Positions 1 through 11,400 of a stretch of 64,000 nt of DNA are shown piece after piece. Source of the stretch: Phoronis australis (lineage: Eukaryota; Animalia; Phoronida); NCBI GenBank assembly GCA_002633005.1, contig NMRA01000428.1, forward strand, positions 118,900-182,899, written 5' to 3'. Positions within the stretch are counted from its first letter, which is position 1; each line of letters starts with the position of its first letter. The position numbers and the translations under genes were made by a program. The notes under the pieces were generated by a model that worked only from the letters and a program-made list of their open reading frames with translations, was not told the origin of the DNA and did not search any database.

Positions 1-1566
1 GCAACAGTCAATCGCCGTTTGAGCGCAAGAGGAATGTACTAAAATAACTACTTTTAACTAATGTATGCACTCACTCAGTTTTTAGCACCTACTTAATCTC
101 TTTCCATTCCTTTAGGTGACGTGATTTGAAGTAACCGTCTCTAGCACGAATAATATTTTACTGCAAATTTCAGCAGCACATTTTTCAACCGCCTTCGCAT
201 GTAGGCAGTGCCATCTATTTTTACGCATACGAATTAAGGCCTGCGCAGTAGAACGCGCCATCTATTTTTACGCGTGAGAATTAGGGCCTGTGCAGTAGAA
301 CGCATTGCAAAATTCTAAAGTGTATCACTTAACAGAAACGACGTAACTTTGGTCTTGAAATGGGAACATTTTTATCATGGCCATGCCTCCGGTCTTAGCT
401 AAGACGTTCTTAAGATTTTCACGGGCACTCGGTTGATGAAAGTCGAGTGATCACTTGTAGTAAACATCCCACTACGTCACTGATTGGAAGGACAGTCTTG
501 TCTGTGAATTGCTACCAATGACAGTTGCAAAGTAAGGGAGAGCGACGTAAACTTGAAGTTGTTACATTTTATGCTCTCGTCAATATTATGCGGTAAATGC
601 TTTCAGTCATCCAGTTGAGTAAATAATATGTCCAAAATCGACCTCAATCCTTAAGTCCAGTAATTGATTTCATTTTGTACATATTACGTCACTGTTATGT
701 TGCCAACTAAATATTCATTTCTCAAAGCGAACGCAATGACGTTTGCTTGATCTTCATCAGGCGGAGTTATTATTTCAGTGTGAATGTAAAATGTCGAATT
801 TCCAGACTTTTCTATGATTAGACGTACGCGCGACTTTTGTACGAGGGTAATAAAGGTTTGAAGATTTTGTCTAGATAGTTTTCAAACAAACACATGTTTT
901 GCGGAACAATATGTTATTATTATTTTAGGCATCGATGCTGTTATTCTATTATGAAATTGTTCATTATTTTAATACTACTCGTCGTATTTTGTACTTATCA
1001 AATATTTTTCTATTTTTTGACAAAGTAACCGTCAGGTCCGCTAGTCGTGACGGAAAATCAAATTGAAGCTAATACTCAAGATGTTCTAATTTTTGCTCCT
1101 TAGTTGCTTGCCATAAAAACTGGAGTAATCATACCGTTACATAAGTACGGTGACTGTAAAAGGACGGCACGGAACCTTTTTTCTCCGTTGCTAGCTCTGT
1201 CGACAGGCTTTACTTACTCTAGCGATATATTTATTAATTCTATTGATAGACTTACTAACTCTATCGATAGACTTACTAACTCTATCGATAGACTTACAAA
1301 CTCTATCGATAGGCTTAGTTTCTCTGTCTATAGACTTACTAATCTCTATTGCTCGATAGCTAACAACTCTATCGATATAGATATTAAGTCTACACATGTA
1401 AATAGAGTTGCTTTGCAGTCCTTTTACAGCCACCGTATTAACCAGTATCTTCCGATAAGGAAATGTTTCTTTAAAATATTCAAGGACAGGCAAGTGTATC
1501 AATTTATCGCGTGTACACGTGGAAACTTGCCGGCAAAGCGCTCTTTTTAAAAGCAACGCTTCGTCT
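1..1566. repeat. Copy 1 of a ~1.55 kb direct duplication (truncated by window start)
   Basis: Near-identical to 5791-7339 (gcaacagtcaatcgccg... to ...aagcaacgcttcgtct), with scattered SNPs and small indels. Confidence 0.95.
1240..1380. repeat. 21-bp minisatellite with palindromic core TCTATCGATAGA
   Basis: Unit tctatcgatagacttactaac repeated ~6 times with decay; produces the spurious (NSIDRLT)n ORF. Confidence 0.9.
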
Positions 1567-2183
1567 TAGTCTAGACGCATTTCCTGCAAATAGCCCTGTA
1601 TAAGGTTCTAGAAGCATTTTTTAGTAAAAGTTGGGAACAAGACTTTTTCACACAATCAAGGTATGGCGAATTCAACTAACCCTGTTCCCAAGCCGAATTT
1701 TGCATTTTTGACCATCTAATTTGCATAAACAAAATGGCGGCCAAATAGTCAAGTTCAGTTGTATTTTTGTAATAGAAATCACCATATACCATTTAAAATG
1801 GTGAAATGTCTCACCTGTATACTTCTTATAAATACTTCTTGAGCAATAAATCACTTATGAATACTAAAAAATGCAACTCTGAAAACTAATTATGCAAATT
1901 AGGTGCCGCTTTTACCATACAATGTAATTTGCGTCTTAAGTTTGTGTTCCTGCAGGCTAACTTGAAAAATGAGTTGTTTATACTTATATTTTCATGGTCA
2001 ACAAACATGCTAAAGACATTTTTGGAGCAATTTATTTCATATTTATTGGGTTATAGATGTATACTTACAGAATGTGGAAAAAATAGTCTTTAAGCTGCAA
2101 TGCTCGTCAAGCAAGGTGTCACTATTTTGATGGAAAATAGGACAAATGTTCACACTATCCCGTTATCTTCCATTCTTAAAAAA

Positions 2184-2239
2184 NNNNNNNNNNNNNNNNN
2201 NNNNNNNNNNNNNNNNNNNNNNNNNNNNNNNNNNNNNNN
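2184..2239. other. Assembly gap (56 N)
   Basis: Run of n characters. Confidence 1.
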
Positions 2240-3779
2240 CAAAAAAGGTTGGGGTTTTAAACGTCGGATTTTGGCTCAGAGTTATATCGCAACACGAGGT
2301 TTTTTACCAAGACAAGATTTGCGAGAAACATATCTCCCTCCACCTACCTTGGCCAAATATATCATAATTGATGTAGGTGTGCGGTATACTAAGTAAGTAA
2401 TGGAAAATGTTCGATATCAAAACTTGATTTTGACTTTATTCAAGGATTTAATGCCTCTTTAATGTGTCCCCCTTGAAAGTCTCGGTCACACCTCCCGTTG
2501 ACCCCTCCACCCCCTTTGACTTGCATAACGATAGTGTTGAGGCTTGTAAAGAAAATCCGGCGTCAGTGCATCACCTTATTATGTATGAGTTGACGTTTGA
2601 GTGAATGTACTACTACAAAAATACTAAATAGAACGTTGTTTTTTTCAAGAGCCCAGACTAGACTCTACAGTGTTATTTCCCCTAAGCGTAGTTAGCGGCA
2701 AGTACTCGAAGTTTGGTATAACTCTCCATTCAAGTTGATATTTTGTGGTTTCCGAGATTTCAGAGTTTTTGAAATCGTGGACTCAAAAATAAGGCCCGAG
2801 TCATTGTACTTTCACCTTATTTTGATATTATCCGTCGTGTTTTGTAGATATATTAATTGTGTTACTCCTAATTTTTATTAACGATCAGCTCAAGTAGAAG
2901 TGGTCTAGTCGTGAAATTTTATATCGATACAACTTTGTAGAGAGGTTAATGTTCAACAAGTTTGTATCTAGTAAAAGTGATCAGACCATTGCAAGGGGAA
3001 TTATTTGTCTCCCCTTATTTTTGACATCGCCTCTTTTGCACACCGTCTAAAATAGTTTGTTCGACAAGGTAAATTAATTTCATTTCACTAAATTAGGTAA
3101 ATGCATTAGATACCCACTTACCTGAGCAACAGGTAAAATGTGCAGGAGTGACTTATAGAAACAATGTAAAACAGTAATAATGATATGTACCCATTCAGCT
3201 ATCCAAGTTATCGACATTGACGTACTTTTTTTGTAATTTACATTATTAGTATACACAGATATGTTGATAAGAAAAACACAACCAAACTTTGACGGAGTGA
3301 TTTGATTAGCAGATCTATTGTACTTCTGTATAAAGCCATGCTCACATGGAGGAAATTGGCAACTTCATTGATTGACACCATTCGGATAGTTATGAGCAGA
3401 TTCAAAGGTTAGAAACATATATTTATCAATCTCCCATGGACAATTATGGTATTATTTTGCCTTTCGTGTCTTCGACAGCCTCTAGGGTCCACAACAACGA
3501 CCAAGCAAACGACCCATGACACTGAAAACCGTGGCTGAATTATTCAGCGTTCAACAATAATATTGATCAAAATTTGTCCAAAAAATCCTTTTGTACGGTG
3601 TGTATAACTGAATGTAAGTCGAGGAATAATACATTTTTGCAAAATATTGAGGAAAATTTGGCTTTATTAATGATACAAAACTGCTATTTACCATTTGTGT
3701 TGGAAGGGTGTTCCATCTACTCAAAAAATTATTGTGGATTTAAGAATGACTTGACTGTGAGACGGTTGAACTAAGACAA

Positions 3780-5500
3780 ATGTCTTCGAACGTCGACCAG
3801 ATTTAGTGTTTTGAGCTCTGTCATTTTCAAAAGTTTTTTAATTGAATACATTATTTACTTTAGTTAGAGCTTTATGTGTTTACACAGTTCAACGACATGG
3901 CATTAACAGTTTGGACCAGTTTAGATTTCCAACTTTGTACGGCATCAGTGATGGTTATAACAGCCTGTTATTGCAGTCTGTCCAGTTGTACCAAACGTTC
4001 TGCACCTTCTGTTTGGTAAATTATGTCAGCAAAGTCAAAATGAGGGAGTACAAAGTAATACAAAATGCGCTAAAAAAGTTCAGTTTACTAGATTTAATTT
4101 CAATCAATAAGTTGGTTAAAATTTGATTTTTGCCCACATTGTGGTAAAAACGAAAGTTAATCGTATATTATAGTGACTAAATTTTTGTGTGAATGTTTTT
4201 GGAGAATAATTTCATCATTCAGGCTCATAGGAAAATGGGCCCCTGTGTAATTTGGGTATCTGGAATGAAATAGATAAAGGTTTTCGAGCTGATGTCTGAA
4301 TGAAAGGCACTGATGTAGAGCAGAAACAACACTGGCCAATATTACACTAGCTTGCCTATTTCTACGTCGACAAACCCGTGAAAACACACCGTCTAGTAGT
4401 ACTACCCGTTTGGAACGATATGATGTTAAGAGTGTGTGCAGAGTGAACGATATTCCATAAGAAAAAAGTTTGTACAAGAGGAGTTCATGGTGGTCATGTG
4501 GAACCATGTCAAACGCGCATGTCACATCTAGAAATTAAATGTAAACAAAAAATCCATTTTCAAATTGTTCGTAAAGTTTTGTTGAATAAATGAGTAGTTG
4601 TAGGAGATATATCTTTTATATTTACAGATGTAGTTTAATTATTTCATTTGTTATATGGTCGGTACTGTCATTTTAGACTGTGTTTTTTAACAAAGTCTGA
4701 TTTGTGCAAAGGAGTCTTGGAAATTTGTCAGTTGATGTGGACTGTTCGTATTCATATGGCATATGCTATATTTTTGAAGTTATCCAAGAACAGAGCACAG
4801 AGGCTGCGCTTTGTGATTCCTAGCTGGTGTTTTAATAACATTCTGTTCGTTGGTGTAATTTTGTTTATACACAGGCGAATTTATGGGGGCCCGCCACCCC
4901 CCTTAGCTGCCGCAAGCAAAAAATGAAACAGCAACAGCGTAAAACGTGAGGAAATGTTGAGTAACGAGGACTGGTAGCGGAGAAGGAAGGGGGGGCAGAC
5001 CGCAGCGTTCCTGTTTTTTCTTTAGTCCAAAGGCAAACACAATAACACTTTGCCCAATTCCCCGAGACAACATCTTCGGATGTTGGGGTCCCGCCTTATG
5101 GTATCCTAGATCCGCCACTGTTATAAATACCCAATATTCCTTTGTGTTTTGAAAACAGTATTTATATCTGGAAAGTGTTAATGCTGTTTTCGTGTTTATC
5201 TTGAATTACAAATTACTAGCTGTACAGTTACATGTACATACAGTTTTTATATCGTTGAAAAATCAGCGGATTTTATTTTGTTTTCTGGTTTGATCTTTGT
5301 AATCGAACTGATTTGTTTTGCTTATCTATCATTTGACGTTGTTATTGAACCAAAGTTTGTTTTTAGGTTGATTATTTTAGCAACCCTGTCCATGTGGCAA
5401 ATTTGTCAGTTGATCTGGACTGTTCGTATTCAGACGGCATACGGTATATTTTTGTGTTATCTCTTGTAATTAAGGTACCCATCTGGTACCTTCTGTGAAA
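3780..5500 (-). mobile_element. Decayed non-LTR retrotransposon (CR1/L2-type reverse transcriptase relic)
   Basis: ORF 4157-4525(-) AFDMVPH..LLLYKLFSYGI...LLTSY..RVVLLDG matches the LINE RT motif KAFD.V.H..LL.KL..YGI; many stops and frameshifts. Boundaries approximate. Confidence 0.75.
4870..5120. mobile_element. MITE with CAGTGGCGGATC-type TIRs and 5-bp TSD
   Basis: Left end cacaggcgaatttatg, right end cctagatccgccactg; flanked by ttata at 4865-4869 and 5121-5125. Confidence 0.75.
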
Positions 5501-5790
5501 TAATTATTTGTAGAGTTGTGACCCTTAAATTCCCAGTACAACTTAAAATATTTTTTATTCTTGTGTTGTTTTATTTGTCCCCAATAATAATATTCTCCGG
5601 ACTTACATTAATGTATTCATTCAGCGTGGTAGACAATTGACGTCTGTGTCGTGACATCAGACGAAAGACTCGGTCCGGCGATTAATATGTGACCCAAAGT
5701 GTCCCAGGTGCCAAAAATCGACACACTATTTTGACGGTTGTGACAGTTACGTAATACCCTTCAAACACCTTGAATGTCCGTCGCAATGGC

Positions 5791-7339
5791 GCAACGGTCA
5801 ATCGCCGTTTGAGCGCAAGAAATAGCAACTTTTAACTAATGTATGCACTCACTCAGTTTTTACTTAATCTCTTTCCATTCCTTTAAGTGACGTGATTTGA
5901 AGTAACCGTCTCCAGCACGAATAATATTTTATTGCAAATTCCAGCAGCACATTTTTCAGCCGCCTTCACATGTAGGCAGCGCCATCTATTTTTACGCATG
6001 AGAACTAAGGCCTGTGCAGTAGAACGCGCCATCTATTTTTAAGCGTGAGAACCAGGGCCTGTGCAGTAGAACGCATTGCAAGATTCTAAAGTGTATCACT
6101 TAACAGAAACGACGTAACTTTGGTCTTGAAATGGGAACATTTTTATCATGGCCATGCGACCGGTCTTAGCTAAGACGTTCTTAAGATTTTCACGGGCACT
6201 CGGTTGATGAAAGTCGAGTGATCACTTGTAGTGAATATCCCAGTAGGTCATTGACTGGAAGGACAGTCTTGTCTGTGAATTGCTACCAATGACAGTTGCA
6301 AAGTAAGGGAGAGCGACGTAAACTTGAAGTTGTTACATTTTATGCTCTCGTCAATGATATGCGATGAATGCTTTCAGTCATCCAGTTGAGTAAATAATAT
6401 GTCCAAAATCGACCTCAATCCTTAAAAGTCCAATAATTGATTTCATTTTGTACATATTACGTCACTGTTATGTTGCCAACTAAATATTCATTTCTCAAAG
6501 CGAACGCAACGACGTTTGCTTGATCTTCATCAGGCGGAGTTGTTATTTCAGTGTGAATGTAAAATGTCAAATTTCCAGACTTTTCTATGATTATACGTAC
6601 ACGCGACTTTTGTACGAGGGTAATAAAGGTTTGAAGATTTTATCTAGATAGTTTTCAAACAAACACATGTTTTGCGGAACAATATGTTATTATTATTTTA
6701 GGCATCGATGCTGTTATTCTATCATGAAATTGTTCATTATTTTAATACTACTCGTCGTATTTTGTACTTATCAAATATTTTTCTATTTTTTGACCAAGTA
6801 ACCGTCAGGTCCGCTAGTCGTGACGGAAAATCAAATTGAAGCTAATACTCAAGATGTTCTAATTTTTGCTCCTTAGTTGCTTGCCATAAAAACTGGAGTA
6901 ATCATACCGTTACATAAGTACGGTGGCTGTAAAAGGACGGCACGGAACCTTTTTTCTCCGTTGCTAGCTCTGTCGACAGGCTTTACTTACTCTAGCGATA
7001 TATTTATTAATTCTATTGATAGACTTACTAACTCTATCGATAGACTTACTAACTCTATCGATAGACTTACAAACTCTATCGATAGACTTAGTTTCTCTGT
7101 CTATAGACTTACTAATCTCTATTGCTCGATAGCTAACAACTCTATCGATATAGATATTAAGTCTACACATGTAAATAGAGTTGCTTTGCAGTCCTTTTAC
7201 AGCCACCGTATTAACCAGTATCTTCCGATAAGGAAATGTTTCTTTAAAATATTCAAGGACAGGCAAGTGTATCAATTTATCGCGTGTACACGTGGAAACT
7301 TGCCGGCAAAGCGCTCTTTTTAAAAGCAACGCTTCGTCT
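5791..7339. repeat. Copy 2 of the ~1.55 kb direct duplication, including the 21-bp palindromic minisatellite at ~7010-7150
   Basis: Near-identical to 1-1566. Confidence 0.95.
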
Positions 7340-8356
7340 GGCCAGACCACTGTCTCGTCGTTTCAAGTCTCATTAAGCCTACAACAGAGCAATTGGCTGT
7401 TTGGATTTGTATCGAAATGGAAACTATATGATTGATCGATTTACAGGGATCTTGATCAGAAAAAAGGTTTTGGTAAAATGTGTTTCAACATGTGTTAATT
7501 TTGTAGTGTTTATACCGTGGCTGTGATCCTAGTCATTATTGCACCCAAAACCAAACATTGCCCAACCGATTTTCTCCTGACATATTTTGATATCCTATTC
7601 TGATATATTAACCCTGTATTGATGTTCTCTCTATTCCAGTTTGTTCCTGAGATTCGTTAGAAATTATTTTGGAACTCGGAAAAAAGTGGCATAAATTTCC
7701 AGTTGCTTGAGACTGGACGTCATGAGCTAGTTTGACCATGGTTTTCAATTGATGCCCCCGGCATGGATTGGTCTTGAGTAGATTTACTGATAAAAATAGG
7801 TTTAATCGATATAATCGCATCTTTCATGTATAGCCTACACAGTACATGTACTGAGCATATCAACAAAGTCGCTTATTACCTCATATTATTACCAAAAATG
7901 ATTTTCTGACAAACTGCATTTCGAACTGTTTAGGTGGCTAAAATCCAAAATTGAATTTATTAAACCTTTTACTCTTATGAAATCGTCCTCGTAAAGTTGA
8001 TTATTAAGTGTGAATATCAAGGTCACGTTTTCGTCAATAACAGTCAGCTCGTTTTGGCTACAACCAGTCGTCCGGACTTTGATAAAAGTTTTCATATTAT
8101 AAAAGAACATGCTGCGTCTTCACTCTGAGAATTACTACTGACATTAACAAAGGTACTACCAGTACGACGTAACCTCGTTCTTTAAAAATGATGATCTATT
8201 CCAACCACGTCTGTTATATTACCTCTTAAACACTGAGTAGATTTGGTAATTTCATTTGCAAATTTGTTATTTAAAAGTTTCGGTGATGAGTAATTAAGAT
8301 GCACGGTGAAGTTACTGATTGTGAAGCTTGTTATAACTTGTTCATTGTTTCTGCAG

Positions 8357-8455
8357 GACCGCGAGACCCCACTACACCAAGCAGCATGTCGGGGCAGCAC
8401 AGAGGTGGCGAGGGTATTGTTACAGTGTGGGGCCCATGTAGACATGCCAGACAAG
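8357..8455 (+). CDS. Ankyrin-repeat exon 1 (99 bp, phase 0-0)
   Basis: ctgcag|DRETPLHQAACRGSTEVARVLLQCGAHVDMPDK|gtaata. Confidence 0.92.
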
Positions 8456-11400
8456 GTAATAGAAACTACTTGATACAATTTTGATATTAAGACCATGTTA
8501 TCTTCATTACAAAAGCTGTAGGGTATATGAAGTTAAACTAATTATGTTGTGCATAAATACACATTTTATTTTTCCTGATTTCGACATGTATTTTCAATCT
8601 GTACCCGGTACATGCATGTTAAGAAACAGTGAGGTTTGAATCGTGTCAACAATATATATGTCAACTTAACGTTGATACTTTTTTATTCTTCATGGCAATC
8701 GGCCATTCAACATTACAACTTTATATTAAACAGGAAGCCACTAAACCGGTGTATCAACACCACATGGAGGGGTCACTGTCAAGTTATGGAGGCGCTCAGT
8801 AATTTCTGGCAGTCCACGTCTGCACCATGTTATTATTGCAACGTTTTAAAATCACCTGTAAAACTTGACTGTTGAAATCGTTACAAGTATTATAGCCTTC
8901 TTAGAGGGGTCAGTAATGTTTCATTTATGTCACCTTACAAGTTCACTTTCTCCCGTGTATGTTAATTAGCTCTAAACGTTGATCGTCCATTCACACATCT
9001 CCATTATATATTACATAGGAGGGCTGGACACCGCTGCACTGTGCAGCACTGTATGGTTATACACAGACAGTGAAGTGTCTAGTTGAACACAGCGCCACAG
9101 TGAATGTCACTAGTAAGGTAATTAATGACACACAGGTTGTTTGGTTGATCTAGTTGATTGCACAAACGATGTTTAAAACTGAAGAAGAACAAATTTTGTT
9201 TGTATTTTTGCAATTTAATGCCCCTAAACAATGTCAAATTAAATGTCGTCTGCTTTCCGTTCATGAACCACCAAAGCTTGGTAGACTGAGTATGACTTAC
9301 CTGTGTTACCTGTTGTTTGGTTGTAAAACTTAACATTGTCATGCTGATATCATTACAAGTATTATAGCCTTCTTAGAGGGGTCAGCAATGTTTCATTTAT
9401 GTCACCTTACAAGTTTACTTTCCCCCGTGTATGTTAATTAGCTCTAAACGTTGATCGTCCATTCACACATCTCCATTATATATTACATAGGAGGGCGTGA
9501 CACCGCTGCACTGTGCAGCAGGGTGTGGTTATACACAGACAGTGGAGTGTCTAGTTGAACACAGCGCCACAGTGAATGTCCGTGATGAGGTAATTAATGA
9601 CACACCGGTTGTTTGGTTGATCTAGTTGATTACACAAACGATGTTTAAAACTGAAGAAGAACAAATTTTGTTCGTATTTTTCCAATTTAATGCCCCTAAA
9701 CAATGTCAAATTAAATGTCGTCTGCTTTCCGTTCATGAACCACCAAAGCTGCGTAGACTGGTAGAGACAATGCATGACTTACCTGTGTTACCTGTTGTTT
9801 GGTTGTAAAACTTAACATATTCTTGTTGACATCAATACAAGTATTAGCACCTTAGAGGGGTCAGTGATGTTTCATTTATGTCACCTTACAAGTTCACTTT
9901 CTCCCGTGTATGTTAATTAGCTCTAAACGTTGATCGTCCATTCACACATCTCCATTATATATTACATAGGATGGCCGGACACCGCTGCACCGGGCAGCAC
10001 AGTGGGGTCATACAGCCGTCGTACAGTGTCTCCTCCAACACGGGGCCAACGTGAATGTCCGCAACAAGGTAATTAATGACACACAGGGTGTTTGTTTGAA
10101 CTAGTTGTTTACACAACGATGACTAAGCAGAATCATTCGGTGATTTAATTAATCAATCACCATTTATAATTTCGTTGTAAATTTGATATTTCTCCTTGCA
10201 CTCCACGTGACGTGCACGTGAAGTAACGTGCACGCGATTTTAACTAATTAGAAACAGTTTTCAGGTCACATGGCGTTGTACAATGAGTTTGTTATTTACT
10301 TGCATTTTCATAGCACTCACTAAATGAATGTCGCTCTGTTGTATAACATCAAGTTGTCATACTTTAAATTATCTTTTCAATGCGCGGCTACAACACATCA
10401 GACGAACATTTAAGGAATGTCGCTCAAATTGTGTGCAGTTTAAATGTCAGGTTGTAGTCACACTCTGTTGATCCACCCACGTCAAGAATATGCAAATGAT
10501 GGTGAAGTTTTGAATTTGAAAAATATAAAACGTGACGCCCTGTTGAGCCACCCATTTCGCTATATATAATTCTGATCAACTTGCTGTAGTGGGGTGACAC
10601 ACCGCTACACACGGCGTCAGAGGGAGGACACGCAGCGGTGGTGAAGCTTCTAATCATTAAAGGCAGCTGTGACGTGACTGCCGTAAAGAGAGTTGTACTC
10701 CGTGTTTGATTCATACTGCAATAAATGTGTTTCACATGAACTACGAGTTCGAGGAATTATTCATTGAACATAAATATCTCATCAATAATGATCTACCTCT
10801 TGGGTGAACCTATACATGAAGTTGTTTCTTTACTGCAGGTACCTTCCCATAATTCTCGGTAATTAAAAAAGTCACTGGTCTGATCCTAACATTGCGACGC
10901 CAACTAAAAACAGACCAGGAACGCCATGAGTCGCCTACACTGGGCACAAATTTAAATTTTCTCATCATATTGATTATAAAATATTCAGGTTTTAATCAGA
11001 ACTGTGCAAGGAATTAGAAGTGCATTTAGGAAATCTCCCTAAAGGTTTTCTAGTCCTGTTTTCTTTAATACAGCGGTTATTTAACAATTCATTTTGAAAG
11101 TTTTGTTACCCATTTAATCCGACTGTATAACTATGTATGTTCCTGCCATGGGTTGATTTATATATTCTGTGACGGGGTAATCTAGGGCTAAATTGGTCAA
11201 AGTTCAACCCTTCAGAAGGAAAAGTCGTTTTTTCACTATACAAGAAGCCTGCGCGTTCTAAACCCTTAGAAAAGCGTTGTAAAACTATTTTACGAGCGGT
11301 AATCTTCTTTTCTGGTTCACTGCAAATCCAAGATATGTGTGTAGGTTATTTTAAATGGTGTTTAGAAGCTAATTTGTTAATGATTATTGCGTGAATTTAG

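Larger units (their letters stand above)
8881..10115 (+). repeat. Tandem triplication of a ~475-bp intron+ankyrin-exon unit
   Basis: Intron block ttagaggggtcag...ccattatatattacatag recurs at ~8901, ~9373 and ~9852, each followed by a 99-bp exon and gtaattaatgacacac. Confidence 0.95.

Noticed and set aside
1104-1556. 148-aa and 121-aa ORFs (and their copies at 6877-7350)
   Set aside because: Open only because a stop-free 21-bp minisatellite runs through them; non-ATG starts and no domain.
3313-3521. Possible two small exons (MLTWRKLATSLIDTIRIVMSRFK|ASRVHNNDQANDP*) as the 5' end of the ankyrin gene
   Set aside because: The first ends in phase 1, incompatible with the phase-0 ankyrin exon, and the second hits a stop. 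No recognisable domain.
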